64,000 nucleotides of DNA from Bacteroidales bacterium (GCA_045599325.1 JAZRVT010000005.1:17089-81088); one strand, 5' to 3'. Shown: positions 37,701 through 45,885, counted from the first letter of the stretch. Notes: generated from the sequence alone by a model not told the origin. Made by a program: numbers and translations.

Positions 37701-38145
37701 ATTCTCCATTCTCATTTGCAGAGACACCGTTCATCGTACCCTTGAGGACAATGCTCGCAAAGGCGATAGGGGTTCCATCTTCAATGGCGGTGACTTTACC
37801 TGTCACCTTGAGTCCGGACGGCTGCTCTTTTGGTGCAGGATCACCCTTTTTCAAAACGACTGCTTGACGTACAATTTCATAAGTAAGTCCTGTTTCCTGG
37901 CAAATCCTGCCGAGAACTTCCGTGAATCCAACATTGTCCATAGAAACAGTCAAAGGAGCGATTCCGCTCAGCTCCTGCTTCTGATAAACAAAAGTGTAGT
38001 TTGTTTTACTTTCGAGATCTGCAAGGACTTGCACAATTGGTGCATCCTTATAGTTGACACTGAATGTCTGTGCCTTTACCGCAGAAGGTATGAGCATCAG
38101 GCAAACCAACAGCGCCATGCTAAGTTTTTTAAAGGTCTCTGACAT
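34738..38145 (-). CDS. SusC/RagA family TonB-linked outer membrane transducer with N-terminal STN signalling domain
   Basis: 1135 aa. Signal peptide, STN-like domain (FSVNYKDAPIVQVLADLESKTNYTFVY), carboxypeptidase-regulatory-like domain, plug (IVIRGYGSINASKEPLYVVDGIPY), and a barrel ending GLKVTF. Confidence 0.93.
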   Translation of the reverse strand: MSETFKKLSMALLVCLMLIPSAVKAQTFSVNYKDAPIVQVLADLESKTNYTFVYQKQELSGIAPLTVSMDNVGFTEVLGRICQETGLTYEIVRQAVVLKKGDPAPKEQPSGLKVTGKVTAIEDGTPIAFASIVLKGTMNGVSANENGEFTIENVPFDGELEISSIGYTSQIVAVKKRQSIAVALKKDAQLLEETVVVAYGTAKKGSITGSAAVVDDKKIEQRVSANVAKSLEGQVAGVMVTSGSGAPGEGNSIVIRGYGSINASKEPLYVVDGIPYDGGLNAINPNDIESITVLKDASSGALYGARGANGVVMITTKKGKAGQPTVTYTGIVGWSNPALKYYDRLDQKQWTQLSYESLRNKYWDTGNYSWEEAEQAARDNMSTTMGGEIYNPFKNYTWGNIIDETGHVRSDATPVWDEDWLDDGVVHHNAFRTEHLLSVTGGTEKTKSMLSLGYLDEDGYVNNAGYTRFSARANVDSEITHWISAGLNVSLAKTDFKGILTTGNSYGNQFYYAQLIGPIYPIYAKDASGKQIYDELGNLVYDYGETRPSWPGWNVVGLIYEDDNSQEGMNESVRTYLRLGTDKDNAGWLKGLKLTANFGGDNRDIYQTQYNNMYNGSYAPANGRLYKYFKRTTSFTFNQLLTYNRTFSGHTIDFVGGHEYYNYVYHYLDATKSNLTDGIYELRPATSSVDNDSYSNVYAIESYLSRINYDYKNRYYFSASFRRDGSSRFYKENRWGNFWSVGANWRVTNENFMQSVGWLNNLNLRVSYGVQGNDDLDTYYAWQSFYELGHPNDGAQGAVVSSLENKNVTWEKNANLNVGLDARMFGDRLDFTVEYYDRVTRDMLLNYPMAVSTGFSGYDANVGSLENKGVEFSVRGVLVDRKNFTWKASVMGTSIQNKILKLTTESPSYVSGQQIYEEGRPMYTFYMVKHAGVDPETGKEQFWAYESMDENGNPVGEYLTTDFAVATGCKYYLGSRMPKLTGSIGTDFEIFKYVDLSILTTYSLGGKVYDQIYKELVAPTQTGRALSTYVLDRWQKPGDVTDVPRAELGGSSPISSRLLIDASYFAIKNITLGFNLPKKWIQGIKAQQLRIYGSLDNFWTFTHLNGMNPQQSIGGTTNYVYNPTKTSVIGLKVTF

Positions 38146-38163
38146 AATTTATATAATTTGGTT

Positions 38164-39393
38164 TTATGGTCTCTTTGAAATCAGTATCCTGTTGTTTTCC
38201 ACTGCAAAATGGAGATGTCCACTCTTTTCCAGGACTTCAAGCACATCTCCGAACTTTCCGTTGCGGGCAAGCCTTCCCATAAAAACGGTTTTGGCAGCCT
38301 CCTCCGATTTAAACTCATAGGAGAAGTCGTACCAACGGCTCAGCTGTCTCATTATCTGTTCAAGCGTCTGCTCCTCAAAAACGAACATTCCGTCTTTCCA
38401 GCTTGTCACCAAATCCGTTGAAACAGGCTTGACTTGAGTGGACCCGTCACCTTTGGCGAAGGAGGCCTGATGTCCCGGGGTAAGAATCAGTTCGCTGTCG
38501 CTGCCGTCGTTCTTTTTCAGAGAGATACACCCGTTGACAAGCGTGGTATAGACACACTCGTCTTCCTCATATGAGAGAACGTTGAACTCTGTGCCATAGA
38601 CACAGACCGTCTGTCCTGAAGTCCTGACTCTGAACTGCCGGCCCCTGCTGTCTTTGGCCACCTTGAAATAGGCCTCTCCGGTCAATTCCACATCTCGTGT
38701 ATCACCGTCGAAACAATCCGGATACCTCAAGACTGATTCAGCATTCAACCACACTTCAGAACCATCCTCCAGAACTATATGGAACTCACCGCCGCGGGGA
38801 ATGGAAAGATTGTTGAGTGCCTCGCGATCCTTGGCCGACTTCTCCCTTTTCTCTTTCGCCGCCGTTATGGCTTCGTGGTTGTTTGCCTCATTATTGCCAA
38901 GGACGACTGTCTGCCCGTTGTCCGTAACAAGGGTCGCCTTTGTCTCGCCCGGACGTATGGACTCGAAATAGGACGTTTCCTGCGTTTTCTTCAGAAGATT
39001 CTCATACTTTCGATGATAACTTATCAATTGCCAGGAAAGTATGGACAATGCTATAAATGCGGAAGCTGCTACAGCACGCATTGCTGCAAGATGTTTGCGC
39101 TGCGCCTTTCTGTATTCTATTGTAATCCTGTTCTGCATCGATCGCGCAGCTCCCTGAGGATCAATGAGATTCCATTGTTCTAATTTCCCGGCATACCAGT
39201 TCTCTGCCATAATCTTATCAAAAAGCTTCGCATTGGCAGGGTTTGTGTCAATCCAGTTCTGAAGTTCGGAGGATTCTTCTTCAGAAACCACCTGAAAAAT
39301 GTTTTTGGAAATCAGTTCCGCAATCCGTTCAAAATCCACGTCCTTTTCTATCATTTGCCTGGCATTATTTATCCAACTGAATATATGACACAT
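38164..39393 (-). CDS. FecR family anti-sigma factor
   Basis: 409 aa. Cytoplasmic N-domain, single TM (AVAASAFIALSILSWQLI), periplasmic FecR-like domain, and a C-terminal DUF4974-like segment (FVFEEQTLEQIMRQLSRWYDF). Alternative start at ATG 39354 (MIEKDVDF). Confidence 0.88.
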   Translation of the reverse strand: MCHIFSWINNARQMIEKDVDFERIAELISKNIFQVVSEEESSELQNWIDTNPANAKLFDKIMAENWYAGKLEQWNLIDPQGAARSMQNRITIEYRKAQRKHLAAMRAVAASAFIALSILSWQLISYHRKYENLLKKTQETSYFESIRPGETKATLVTDNGQTVVLGNNEANNHEAITAAKEKREKSAKDREALNNLSIPRGGEFHIVLEDGSEVWLNAESVLRYPDCFDGDTRDVELTGEAYFKVAKDSRGRQFRVRTSGQTVCVYGTEFNVLSYEEDECVYTTLVNGCISLKKNDGSDSELILTPGHQASFAKGDGSTQVKPVSTDLVTSWKDGMFVFEEQTLEQIMRQLSRWYDFSYEFKSEEAAKTVFMGRLARNGKFGDVLEVLEKSGHLHFAVENNRILISKRP

Positions 39394-39451
39394 TCAGATA
39401 AAAAAAGTATACATGAATTCTGAAATATGACAACATATCCATGCTATTCTG

Positions 39452-39459
39452 TAACTTTG
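39452..39459 (+). promoter_or_regulatory. -7 promoter box TAACTTTG upstream of the ECF sigma gene
   Basis: Exact TAnnTTTG, 8 nt before the ATG at 39468 and downstream of the track's start at 39441. This argues for 39468 as the real start. Confidence 0.45.
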
Positions 39460-39467
39460 CGTTGAGT

Positions 39468-40034
39468 ATGGACGAACACTCTATATATGATGATTTCATC
39501 TCTGGAGATATCGAGTCCCTGTATATGAAGATATACAGAGGTCTTGTCTCATTCGCTAACAGCTATCTGAGCCCTAATTACTCTTTCCTTTCGGAAGATG
39601 TCGTTCAAGAGTGCATCTACAATGCATTCAAGAGGAAAGACAGCATCAAGCGCGGATTTCTGAAAGCATATCTGTTCACATCGGTACGCAACGCCTGTCT
39701 CAATATCCTGAGAAAAGGCCGGTCCAATGAGAACTATTTGAAATACTTCAATGAAAGTGAAAACGATATAATCAACAATATCATTGAAGAAGAGACATTC
39801 CACATCTTGTTCACAACCATCGAAAAGCTATCCTTCAACCACAGGGAAGTATTGAACATGTCATTTTTTGAAGGATTGAAAATCAGCGAGATCGCTCAGA
39901 GGCTCGGTCTGTCTGAAATAGCCGTCAAAAAAAGAAAGGCCAACGCTTTGGAAGCCCTTAAGGACTTACTGGCGAGAGAAGGCGTTCTTGGCGCAGGCAT
40001 GGCGACTGTCTCTCTCGTACTGCGACTGCTTTAA
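39468..40034 (+). CDS. RNA polymerase ECF-type sigma-70 factor
   Basis: 188 aa from the ATG at 39468. Region 2 (EDVVQECIYNAFKR) and region 4 HTH (LKISEIAQRLGLSEIAVKKRKANAL). Divergent from fecR. Confidence 0.88.
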   Translation: MDEHSIYDDFISGDIESLYMKIYRGLVSFANSYLSPNYSFLSEDVVQECIYNAFKRKDSIKRGFLKAYLFTSVRNACLNILRKGRSNENYLKYFNESENDIINNIIEEETFHILFTTIEKLSFNHREVLNMSFFEGLKISEIAQRLGLSEIAVKKRKANALEALKDLLAREGVLGAGMATVSLVLRLL

Positions 40035-40074
40035 CTCCAATTTGATTCCTGCCTGCCGGAAACGATCCAGCACG

Positions 40075-40680
40075 TTATTTACCCAGATAATCCGCCACTT
40101 CGCAGAGTTCGCGGTAGAAGTCCTCGCCGTAGGCGGCGATGAGGGGTTCGCGGAGGAATCTGTAGACAGGGACGTCATCGCGGCGACCTTTGTCGAAGGC
40201 GCACTTGCAGATGTCCCAGCGGTGGAGGTTGAGGGCGGTCAGACCGTTTGAGAGCACCTTCGCGCGTATCGGGTAGAGACGGCAGGAAATCGGCTTGACA
40301 AAGCCGCCACGCTTTGCCCGAAGGGCATCATTTCCGAGGCACCAGGCCCTCTCCACGGCACACATACAGTTATTGCCCTCAAAATGTGTGAAGGCACACT
40401 CCTCGCTGCCGCCGAGCAGCGGAGTGACCGCATCGCCGTCGATGTCGATCTCGAAGAAACCGGTCTCCGCAACCTTCTCCCGGCCGGCCTCGCTCATATA
40501 TGGAGAGTACTCCTCATAGTGGCGCTCAAGAAGTTCATCCTCCCCGTCAGAGAGCGGTGCGCCGCTGTCACCTATAATACAACAGGCCCCGCGGCATACC
40601 TCATAGTCGCAGCAGAAGCGCTCGGTGATGATCTCCGAGGAGACAAGAGTCTCCCCTATCTGTATGATGGATGGTATCAT
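40075..40680 (-). CDS. DUF3109 family Cys-rich protein
   Basis: 201 aa from the ATG at 40680 (MIPSIIQIGETLVS...). CDYEVCRGACC motif typical of DUF3109. Confidence 0.8.
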   Translation of the reverse strand: MIPSIIQIGETLVSSEIITERFCCDYEVCRGACCIIGDSGAPLSDGEDELLERHYEEYSPYMSEAGREKVAETGFFEIDIDGDAVTPLLGGSEECAFTHFEGNNCMCAVERAWCLGNDALRAKRGGFVKPISCRLYPIRAKVLSNGLTALNLHRWDICKCAFDKGRRDDVPVYRFLREPLIAAYGEDFYRELCEVADYLGK

Positions 40681-40686
40681 TATTTG

Positions 40687-40694
40687 CAAATTTA
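40687..40694 (-). promoter_or_regulatory. -7 promoter box TAAATTTG (minus strand) upstream of the DUF3109 gene
   Basis: Plus strand reads CAAATTTA. Exact TAnnTTTG, 6 nt before the ATG at 40680. The track's TTG start at 40689 lies inside the box. Confidence 0.45.
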
Positions 40695-40706
40695 AACAAT
40701 TGTTGA

Positions 40707-40714
40707 TAATTTTG
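40707..40714 (+). promoter_or_regulatory. -7 promoter box TAATTTTG upstream of the TPR gene
   Basis: Exact TAnnTTTG, 51 nt upstream of the ATG at 40766. Confidence 0.45.
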
Positions 40715-40765
40715 GCAGACTTTATGCTTTAACACCCGCTCGTAAACTTAAATACAGACCCGATA

Positions 40766-41701
40766 ATGAAAAAGATTCTCACAGTAATTGCAGTCGCTAT
40801 CTGCACTTTCGCAACAGTTGCGGCACAGGACCTCGAATCCCTCACTGAAACCTACAACAATGCTGCAGCTGCCATTGAAACTGACAAGACTCAGGCTATC
40901 AGCCTCTTCGAGCAGGCTCTCGAAGCAGCCGGCGTACTCGGTGAAGAGGGTAATGAAATTGCTGCACAGTGCAAGGGCATCCTCCCTAAGCTCTACCTCC
41001 AGGTAGGCAAGGAGCTCGCTAACGCAAAGGATATGGACGGCGCGATGGAGAAGATTCAGAAAGCCGCCGCTCTCGCTGAAGAGTTCGGTGACGCTGAGAC
41101 CGCAGCAGACGCAAAGGAGCTCGGTCCTCAGATTCTGATGATGGATGCAAATTCACTCCTCAGGGCAAAGGATTATGCAAATGCTGCCGCAGCATATCAG
41201 AAAGTCATTGACATTGACCCTGCAAACGGTGACGCCCTCTTCTACAAGGGCCAGGCACTCTCAGCAGCCGGCGATATGGACGGTGCAATCAAGGCTCTCA
41301 CACTCGCTTCTGAGAACGGAAAGGAAGAGGCTTCTGCAAAGCTCCTCTCAAACATCTATGTGAAGAAAGCAGTCGCTTGCCAGAAGGCAAAGGACATGAA
41401 GGGCGCTCTTGAGAACGCTCAGGCTTCAACTCAGTATGTCGACAATGCCAACGCTGAGAAGATCATCGGCACAGCAGCGCTCTCACTCAAGCAGTACAAA
41501 GTCTCAGCAGACGGTTTCGAGGCATACCTCGCAATGAAACCGGATGCAGCTGACAAGGCTCAGACAATGTACCAGCTCGGCACTGCACTCGTCGGCGCCG
41601 GTGAGAACAGCAAGGCTTGCGGTTACTTCAAGCAGATTGCCCAGGATGCAAAATGGGGCGAGGCTGCACGCTATCAGATCACAACTCTCAAATGCCAGTA
41701 G
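40766..41701 (+). CDS. secreted tetratricopeptide-repeat protein
   Basis: 311 aa. Signal peptide and Ala-rich helical repeats with TPR-like spacing (AAAYQKVIDIDPANGDALFYKGQALSAAGDMDGAIKAL). Confidence 0.8.
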   Translation: MKKILTVIAVAICTFATVAAQDLESLTETYNNAAAAIETDKTQAISLFEQALEAAGVLGEEGNEIAAQCKGILPKLYLQVGKELANAKDMDGAMEKIQKAAALAEEFGDAETAADAKELGPQILMMDANSLLRAKDYANAAAAYQKVIDIDPANGDALFYKGQALSAAGDMDGAIKALTLASENGKEEASAKLLSNIYVKKAVACQKAKDMKGALENAQASTQYVDNANAEKIIGTAALSLKQYKVSADGFEAYLAMKPDAADKAQTMYQLGTALVGAGENSKACGYFKQIAQDAKWGEAARYQITTLKCQ

Positions 41702-43413
41702 CACTTGAACTCCTCGCGCCTGCGAGGACATCAGCAATCGGCATCGCGGCGATAGACTGCGGTGCCGATGCCGTTTATATCGCAGGCCCGGAATTCGGTG
41801 CACGCGCAGCGGCCGGCAACTCCGTGGAGGAGATTGCCGGGCTCTGCCGCTATGCGCATATCTACGACGCAAGTATATATGCGGTAGTCAACACTCTTGT
41901 TAAGGACTCCGAGCGCAAGGCAGCGGTGGAGATGATGTGGCAGCTTCACGATGCCGGCATCGATGCCTTTATTGTACAGGACCTTTCGCTGCTGGAAGAG
42001 AATCTCCCGCCAGTCAGACTCTTCGCCTCCACACAGACAGTGGTCAGGACTCCGGAACGGGCGCGCTTCCTCTCCGGTCTCGGATTCGAAAGGATAATAG
42101 TCGAACGGCAGCTCTCCGCATCGCAGATCAAAGCCATCGCCGACGCCGCCGGCTGCGACATCGAAGCCTTTGTCCACGGAGCTCTCTGTACAGGTTACAG
42201 CGGGGAGTGCTATCTGAGCCAGTATCTGGCCGGCAGAAGCGCCAACCGCGGCCGCTGCGCGCAGGCCTGCAGAAGCAGGTATGACGTTGTGGACGCCGAC
42301 GGCAGGGTGCTGCTCCGCGACAGGCCGATACTCTCGATGAAGGACCTGAGACTCGACAGCCGCATAGAGCAGCTCGTCGGGAGCGGAGTGACATCTTTCA
42401 AGATAGAGGGCAGGCTCAAGAACGCTTCTTATGTCAAGAACATCGTCCGCCACTACAGCGACACCCTCAACGCTTTCATCGGCAGTCACGAAGGATACTG
42501 CAGGGCCTCCAGCGGCAGACCCGAGGGCGGGTTCAGGCCCGATCCGGACCTGACCTTCAACAGAGGATACACCGAAGCCTTCATCGACGGACAGCGCGGG
42601 AAATGGAACAGCCTTGATGCCGCACGCTCGCTCGGCGAACCAGCCGGCACGGTGAAAGAGGTCAGAGGCAACGTCATCACCATCGACGGCGGCAAGTGTC
42701 TCAGCAACGGTGACGGGCTCGCTTTCGTGTCGAGGAGCGACGAGGTCTCGGGAATGCGTGCCGAGACGGCAGAAGGAGCCAGAATAACCGTAAAGGACGC
42801 CTCCGGGATATCCCAGGGGATGAAGGTCTACCGCACATTCAACATAGCATTTGAACGCGAGCTCGAGAAGAATATGCCCCGCCGCGTGATTGACGCATCG
42901 GTGTGCTGCCGCTCAGAGAATGGGGTGACAGCCTTCAGGGCAGAAGCGGCAGGCCGCAGCGCCGTCGTAGAATTCGATGATACAGCCCCTGAAGCCGGGA
43001 ACAGAGAAAGAGCGCTCGACACCATCCGCAACCAGATGGGAAAAAGCGCAGGGCCTTATCTCTTCAGGTTCACCGGCATCGAGACTGACACAGTCAGATT
43101 CTACCAGGCTTCATTCCTCAACTCCATCAGACGTTCGCTGGCAGAGAAACTGCAGGAGGCAGTGCCGGTCTCTGCGGCTCCGGCTGCCAAAACACCTGTC
43201 CGTCAGTGCGGAGCAGGCTCCGGAAACATATCTGTCCTCGAAGTCCCGGAACAGCTGATGAGGTCAAAATACTGCGTGAAGTGGGAAATGGGAATCTGCC
43301 CGAAACTCAGACTCGGCAAACCGGTACGCGAACCTCTCTTCATTGTCAATCAAAACCATAAGTTACGGCTCCATTTCGATTGCAAGAATTGCGAAATGGT
43401 TGTAACTTTGTGA
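41692..43413 (+). CDS. peptidase U32 family protein
   Basis: 573 aa from the ATG at 41692 (MPVALELLAPA). U32 signature EAFVHGALCTGYSGECYLS. Overlaps the TPR gene stop by 10 nt. Confidence 0.88.
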   Translation: MPVALELLAPARTSAIGIAAIDCGADAVYIAGPEFGARAAAGNSVEEIAGLCRYAHIYDASIYAVVNTLVKDSERKAAVEMMWQLHDAGIDAFIVQDLSLLEENLPPVRLFASTQTVVRTPERARFLSGLGFERIIVERQLSASQIKAIADAAGCDIEAFVHGALCTGYSGECYLSQYLAGRSANRGRCAQACRSRYDVVDADGRVLLRDRPILSMKDLRLDSRIEQLVGSGVTSFKIEGRLKNASYVKNIVRHYSDTLNAFIGSHEGYCRASSGRPEGGFRPDPDLTFNRGYTEAFIDGQRGKWNSLDAARSLGEPAGTVKEVRGNVITIDGGKCLSNGDGLAFVSRSDEVSGMRAETAEGARITVKDASGISQGMKVYRTFNIAFERELEKNMPRRVIDASVCCRSENGVTAFRAEAAGRSAVVEFDDTAPEAGNRERALDTIRNQMGKSAGPYLFRFTGIETDTVRFYQASFLNSIRRSLAEKLQEAVPVSAAPAAKTPVRQCGAGSGNISVLEVPEQLMRSKYCVKWEMGICPKLRLGKPVREPLFIVNQNHKLRLHFDCKNCEMVVTL

Positions 43414-43418
43414 GGATT

Positions 43419-44465
43419 ATGCGCTTTGCTGAAATCATAGGGAACAGCGCCCTCAAGGAGTCGCTCGCGAAGACGGTGGAAGCCGGCCGTCTGGGCCACG
43501 CCATCCTCATCAGCGAGGGCGAGTGCGGCGGCGGATTCGCCTTCGCGACCGCCCTTGCGCAGTATGTCAACTGCAGCAACCCTTCTGAAGGCGACTCCTG
43601 CGGAGTCTGCCCGTCCTGCCACAAGTATCAGAAACTGATACATCCGGACCTGCACTTCGCATTCCCCGTAAGCTCCAGCTCAAAGCTCAGCGAATCTGAA
43701 AACAAGAAGCCTGTCTCTGACTACTTTATGAAAGATTTCAGGGAACTGGCCCTTGCAAAGCCCAATTTCACGGAAACGGAACTGTATGATGCGCTCGGAA
43801 TCGAGAGCAAGAGTTCCAGCATCTCTGTGGCTGAGGCCAGGCGCATATTCGAGAAACTCTCGCTTATGGCGGCAGAGGCTCCGTACAAGACTATGGTCAT
43901 CTATCTCCCTGAGAAGATGAATGCCGATGCGGCCAACAAACTGCTCAAACTGCTGGAAGAACCGCCTGCAGGGACGCTCTTCCTGCTTGTCTCACAAAAC
44001 CCTGAGCGCCTGCTCCAGACCATCCGGTCCCGCTGCCAGCCTGTGACAGTGAAGCCTCTCTCAAGAGAGGAGAGAGTGGCGGCCGCCCTGCCCGGGTCCG
44101 ACAATCCTGAGATGAGGGAGATACTGGTCACCATTCTGGAAGCCGGCCTTTCGAAAAAGCTTATAGACACATTCCCGCAGTGGGAGATGCTCGCAGAGTT
44201 CGGACGCGAAAAACAGCGCAGCTTCTGCCTCTACTGCGAATCATTCATACGAAAGTTATTCCTCGTTGCAAACGGTATGGAACAGATTGCGGACCTCGCC
44301 CCCGGCGAAGAGGCGCGGGTACGCGACCTGGCATCCAGAATCAGACCGGACTTCTACGAGAAGGCCGTGGCCTGCTTCGAGAACGCGCTGACAGCGATTG
44401 CCAGCAACGTCAACTCGAAACTCACTTTCTGCGACCTATGCAACAGGCTCTTCTTAATTCTATAG
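43419..44465 (+). CDS. holB: DNA polymerase III subunit delta'
   Basis: 348 aa from the ATG at 43419. GHAILISEGECGGG, zinc module CGVCPSCHK, and the SRC motif (IRSRCQ). Confidence 0.85.
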   Translation: MRFAEIIGNSALKESLAKTVEAGRLGHAILISEGECGGGFAFATALAQYVNCSNPSEGDSCGVCPSCHKYQKLIHPDLHFAFPVSSSSKLSESENKKPVSDYFMKDFRELALAKPNFTETELYDALGIESKSSSISVAEARRIFEKLSLMAAEAPYKTMVIYLPEKMNADAANKLLKLLEEPPAGTLFLLVSQNPERLLQTIRSRCQPVTVKPLSREERVAAALPGSDNPEMREILVTILEAGLSKKLIDTFPQWEMLAEFGREKQRSFCLYCESFIRKLFLVANGMEQIADLAPGEEARVRDLASRIRPDFYEKAVACFENALTAIASNVNSKLTFCDLCNRLFLIL

Positions 44466-44469
44466 ACAT

Positions 44470-45885
44470 ATGGAACTCAAAGAAACCAGTACGACTGTTT
44501 ACGACTGTTCGAGAGGATGCGAAGTAGAACGCACCCCCCAGTCGGAACTCCATATCAAATACAACCCGAAGTGCTGCAAACTGGCAGACTTCGACTGGAT
44601 GGAGGGAATCTCCCAACGCGAGTGGAACGACATCTATGAGGTGAGGTTCAAGAACACACGCAAGCTCTTCTTCAAGAACACCTCGGGTCAGATCATCAAG
44701 AAAGGCGACCTGGTAGTCGTGGAGGCTCAGAACGGCCACGATGTGGGCATCGTTACAATGGAGGGGCCTGTCGTCATACACCAGATGGCGAGGCGCAGGC
44801 TCGACCCGGCAACCTACGAATACCGCAAGATCTACCGGAAAGCGAAGATTCTCGACATCGAGCGCTGGCAAGAAGCCATCGCACGTGAGCACAGCACGAT
44901 GATCCGCTCACGCCAGCTGGCTGCGCGGCTAGGCCTCGATATGAAGATCGGTGACGTGGAGTTTCAGGGCGACGGCTCAAAGGCGATTTTCTATTATATC
45001 GCAGACGAGAGAGTCGACTTCCGCCAGCTGATCAAGGATTTCGCAGAGGAGTTCCACATCAGGGTAGAGATGAAGCAGATCGGTGCCAGGCAGGAAGCAG
45101 GTCTCATCGGTGGTATCGGAGTATGCGGACGCGCGCTATGCTGCTCGAAATATATGTCTGACTTCCAGTCCATCACAACTCAGGCCGCCCGCTGTCAGGA
45201 CCTCTCACTCAATCCTCAGAAACTTGCTGGCCAGTGCAGCAAGCTCAAATGCTGCATCAACTACGAGGCCTCCGTCTATATCGACGCACAGAAGAATCTT
45301 CCTGAACTCCGCGGCCCTATAGAGCTTGAGGACGGTCTGGCATATCTCGCAAAGACAGACATACTCCGCAATCTTATGTACTTCACCTACGAGCAGGGCA
45401 GTATGAACAACCTCTATGCTCTTTCAGGGGAAAAGGTCAAGGAGATTATAGCAGCCAACAGAAAGGGAATCAAGCCCGCATCGCTCCAGCAGACCTATGA
45501 GGGCTTCCGTGAGAAAGAGGCTGAACCTCAATTCATAAGCGCAGTCGGCGATGACAGCATCTCCCGCTTCGACGATAAAGGCCGCAAGAAGAACGGCCAG
45601 GGCCGCAACCACAGGCACGGCCACGGACGGGGCGACCGCGAATGTCAGAAGCCTGCTGAAGGGGCACAGAAACCAGCAGAGGGGCAGGGCCGGCAGAGGC
45701 CTGAAGGCGAGCGCAGAAGACCGGACGGGGAGCACAAGAGACCTGACGGGGAGCACAAAAGACCTGAAGGCGAACGCAGAAGACCGGACGGCAACCGCAG
45801 GCATCAGAGCAACAGGCCGAAAGGCAACGGGAATGGCAGCGAAAACGGTCAGAGCCACAGGAAAAACGATGAGAACAAGCAGTAA
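44470..45885 (+). CDS. PSP1 domain protein (RicT/YaaT-like) with basic repetitive C-terminal tail
   Basis: 471 aa. PSP1 core (VRFKNTRKLFF...VVVEAQNGHDVG...RVEMKQIGARQEAG...CGRALCCSKY...KLKCC). C-terminal ~90 aa are Arg/Glu/Pro/Gly-rich repeats. Confidence 0.88.
   Translation: MELKETSTTVYDCSRGCEVERTPQSELHIKYNPKCCKLADFDWMEGISQREWNDIYEVRFKNTRKLFFKNTSGQIIKKGDLVVVEAQNGHDVGIVTMEGPVVIHQMARRRLDPATYEYRKIYRKAKILDIERWQEAIAREHSTMIRSRQLAARLGLDMKIGDVEFQGDGSKAIFYYIADERVDFRQLIKDFAEEFHIRVEMKQIGARQEAGLIGGIGVCGRALCCSKYMSDFQSITTQAARCQDLSLNPQKLAGQCSKLKCCINYEASVYIDAQKNLPELRGPIELEDGLAYLAKTDILRNLMYFTYEQGSMNNLYALSGEKVKEIIAANRKGIKPASLQQTYEGFREKEAEPQFISAVGDDSISRFDDKGRKKNGQGRNHRHGHGRGDRECQKPAEGAQKPAEGQGRQRPEGERRRPDGEHKRPDGEHKRPEGERRRPDGNRRHQSNRPKGNGNGSENGQSHRKNDENKQ
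45697..45801 (+). repeat. five tandem 21-nt coding repeats (heptapeptides RPEGERR/RPDGEHK) inside the PSP1 gene
   Basis: Translation reads RPEGERR RPDGEHK RPDGEHK RPEGERR RPDGNRR. The DNA units (e.g. AGACCTGACGGGGAGCACAAA) are near-identical. Confidence 0.8.
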
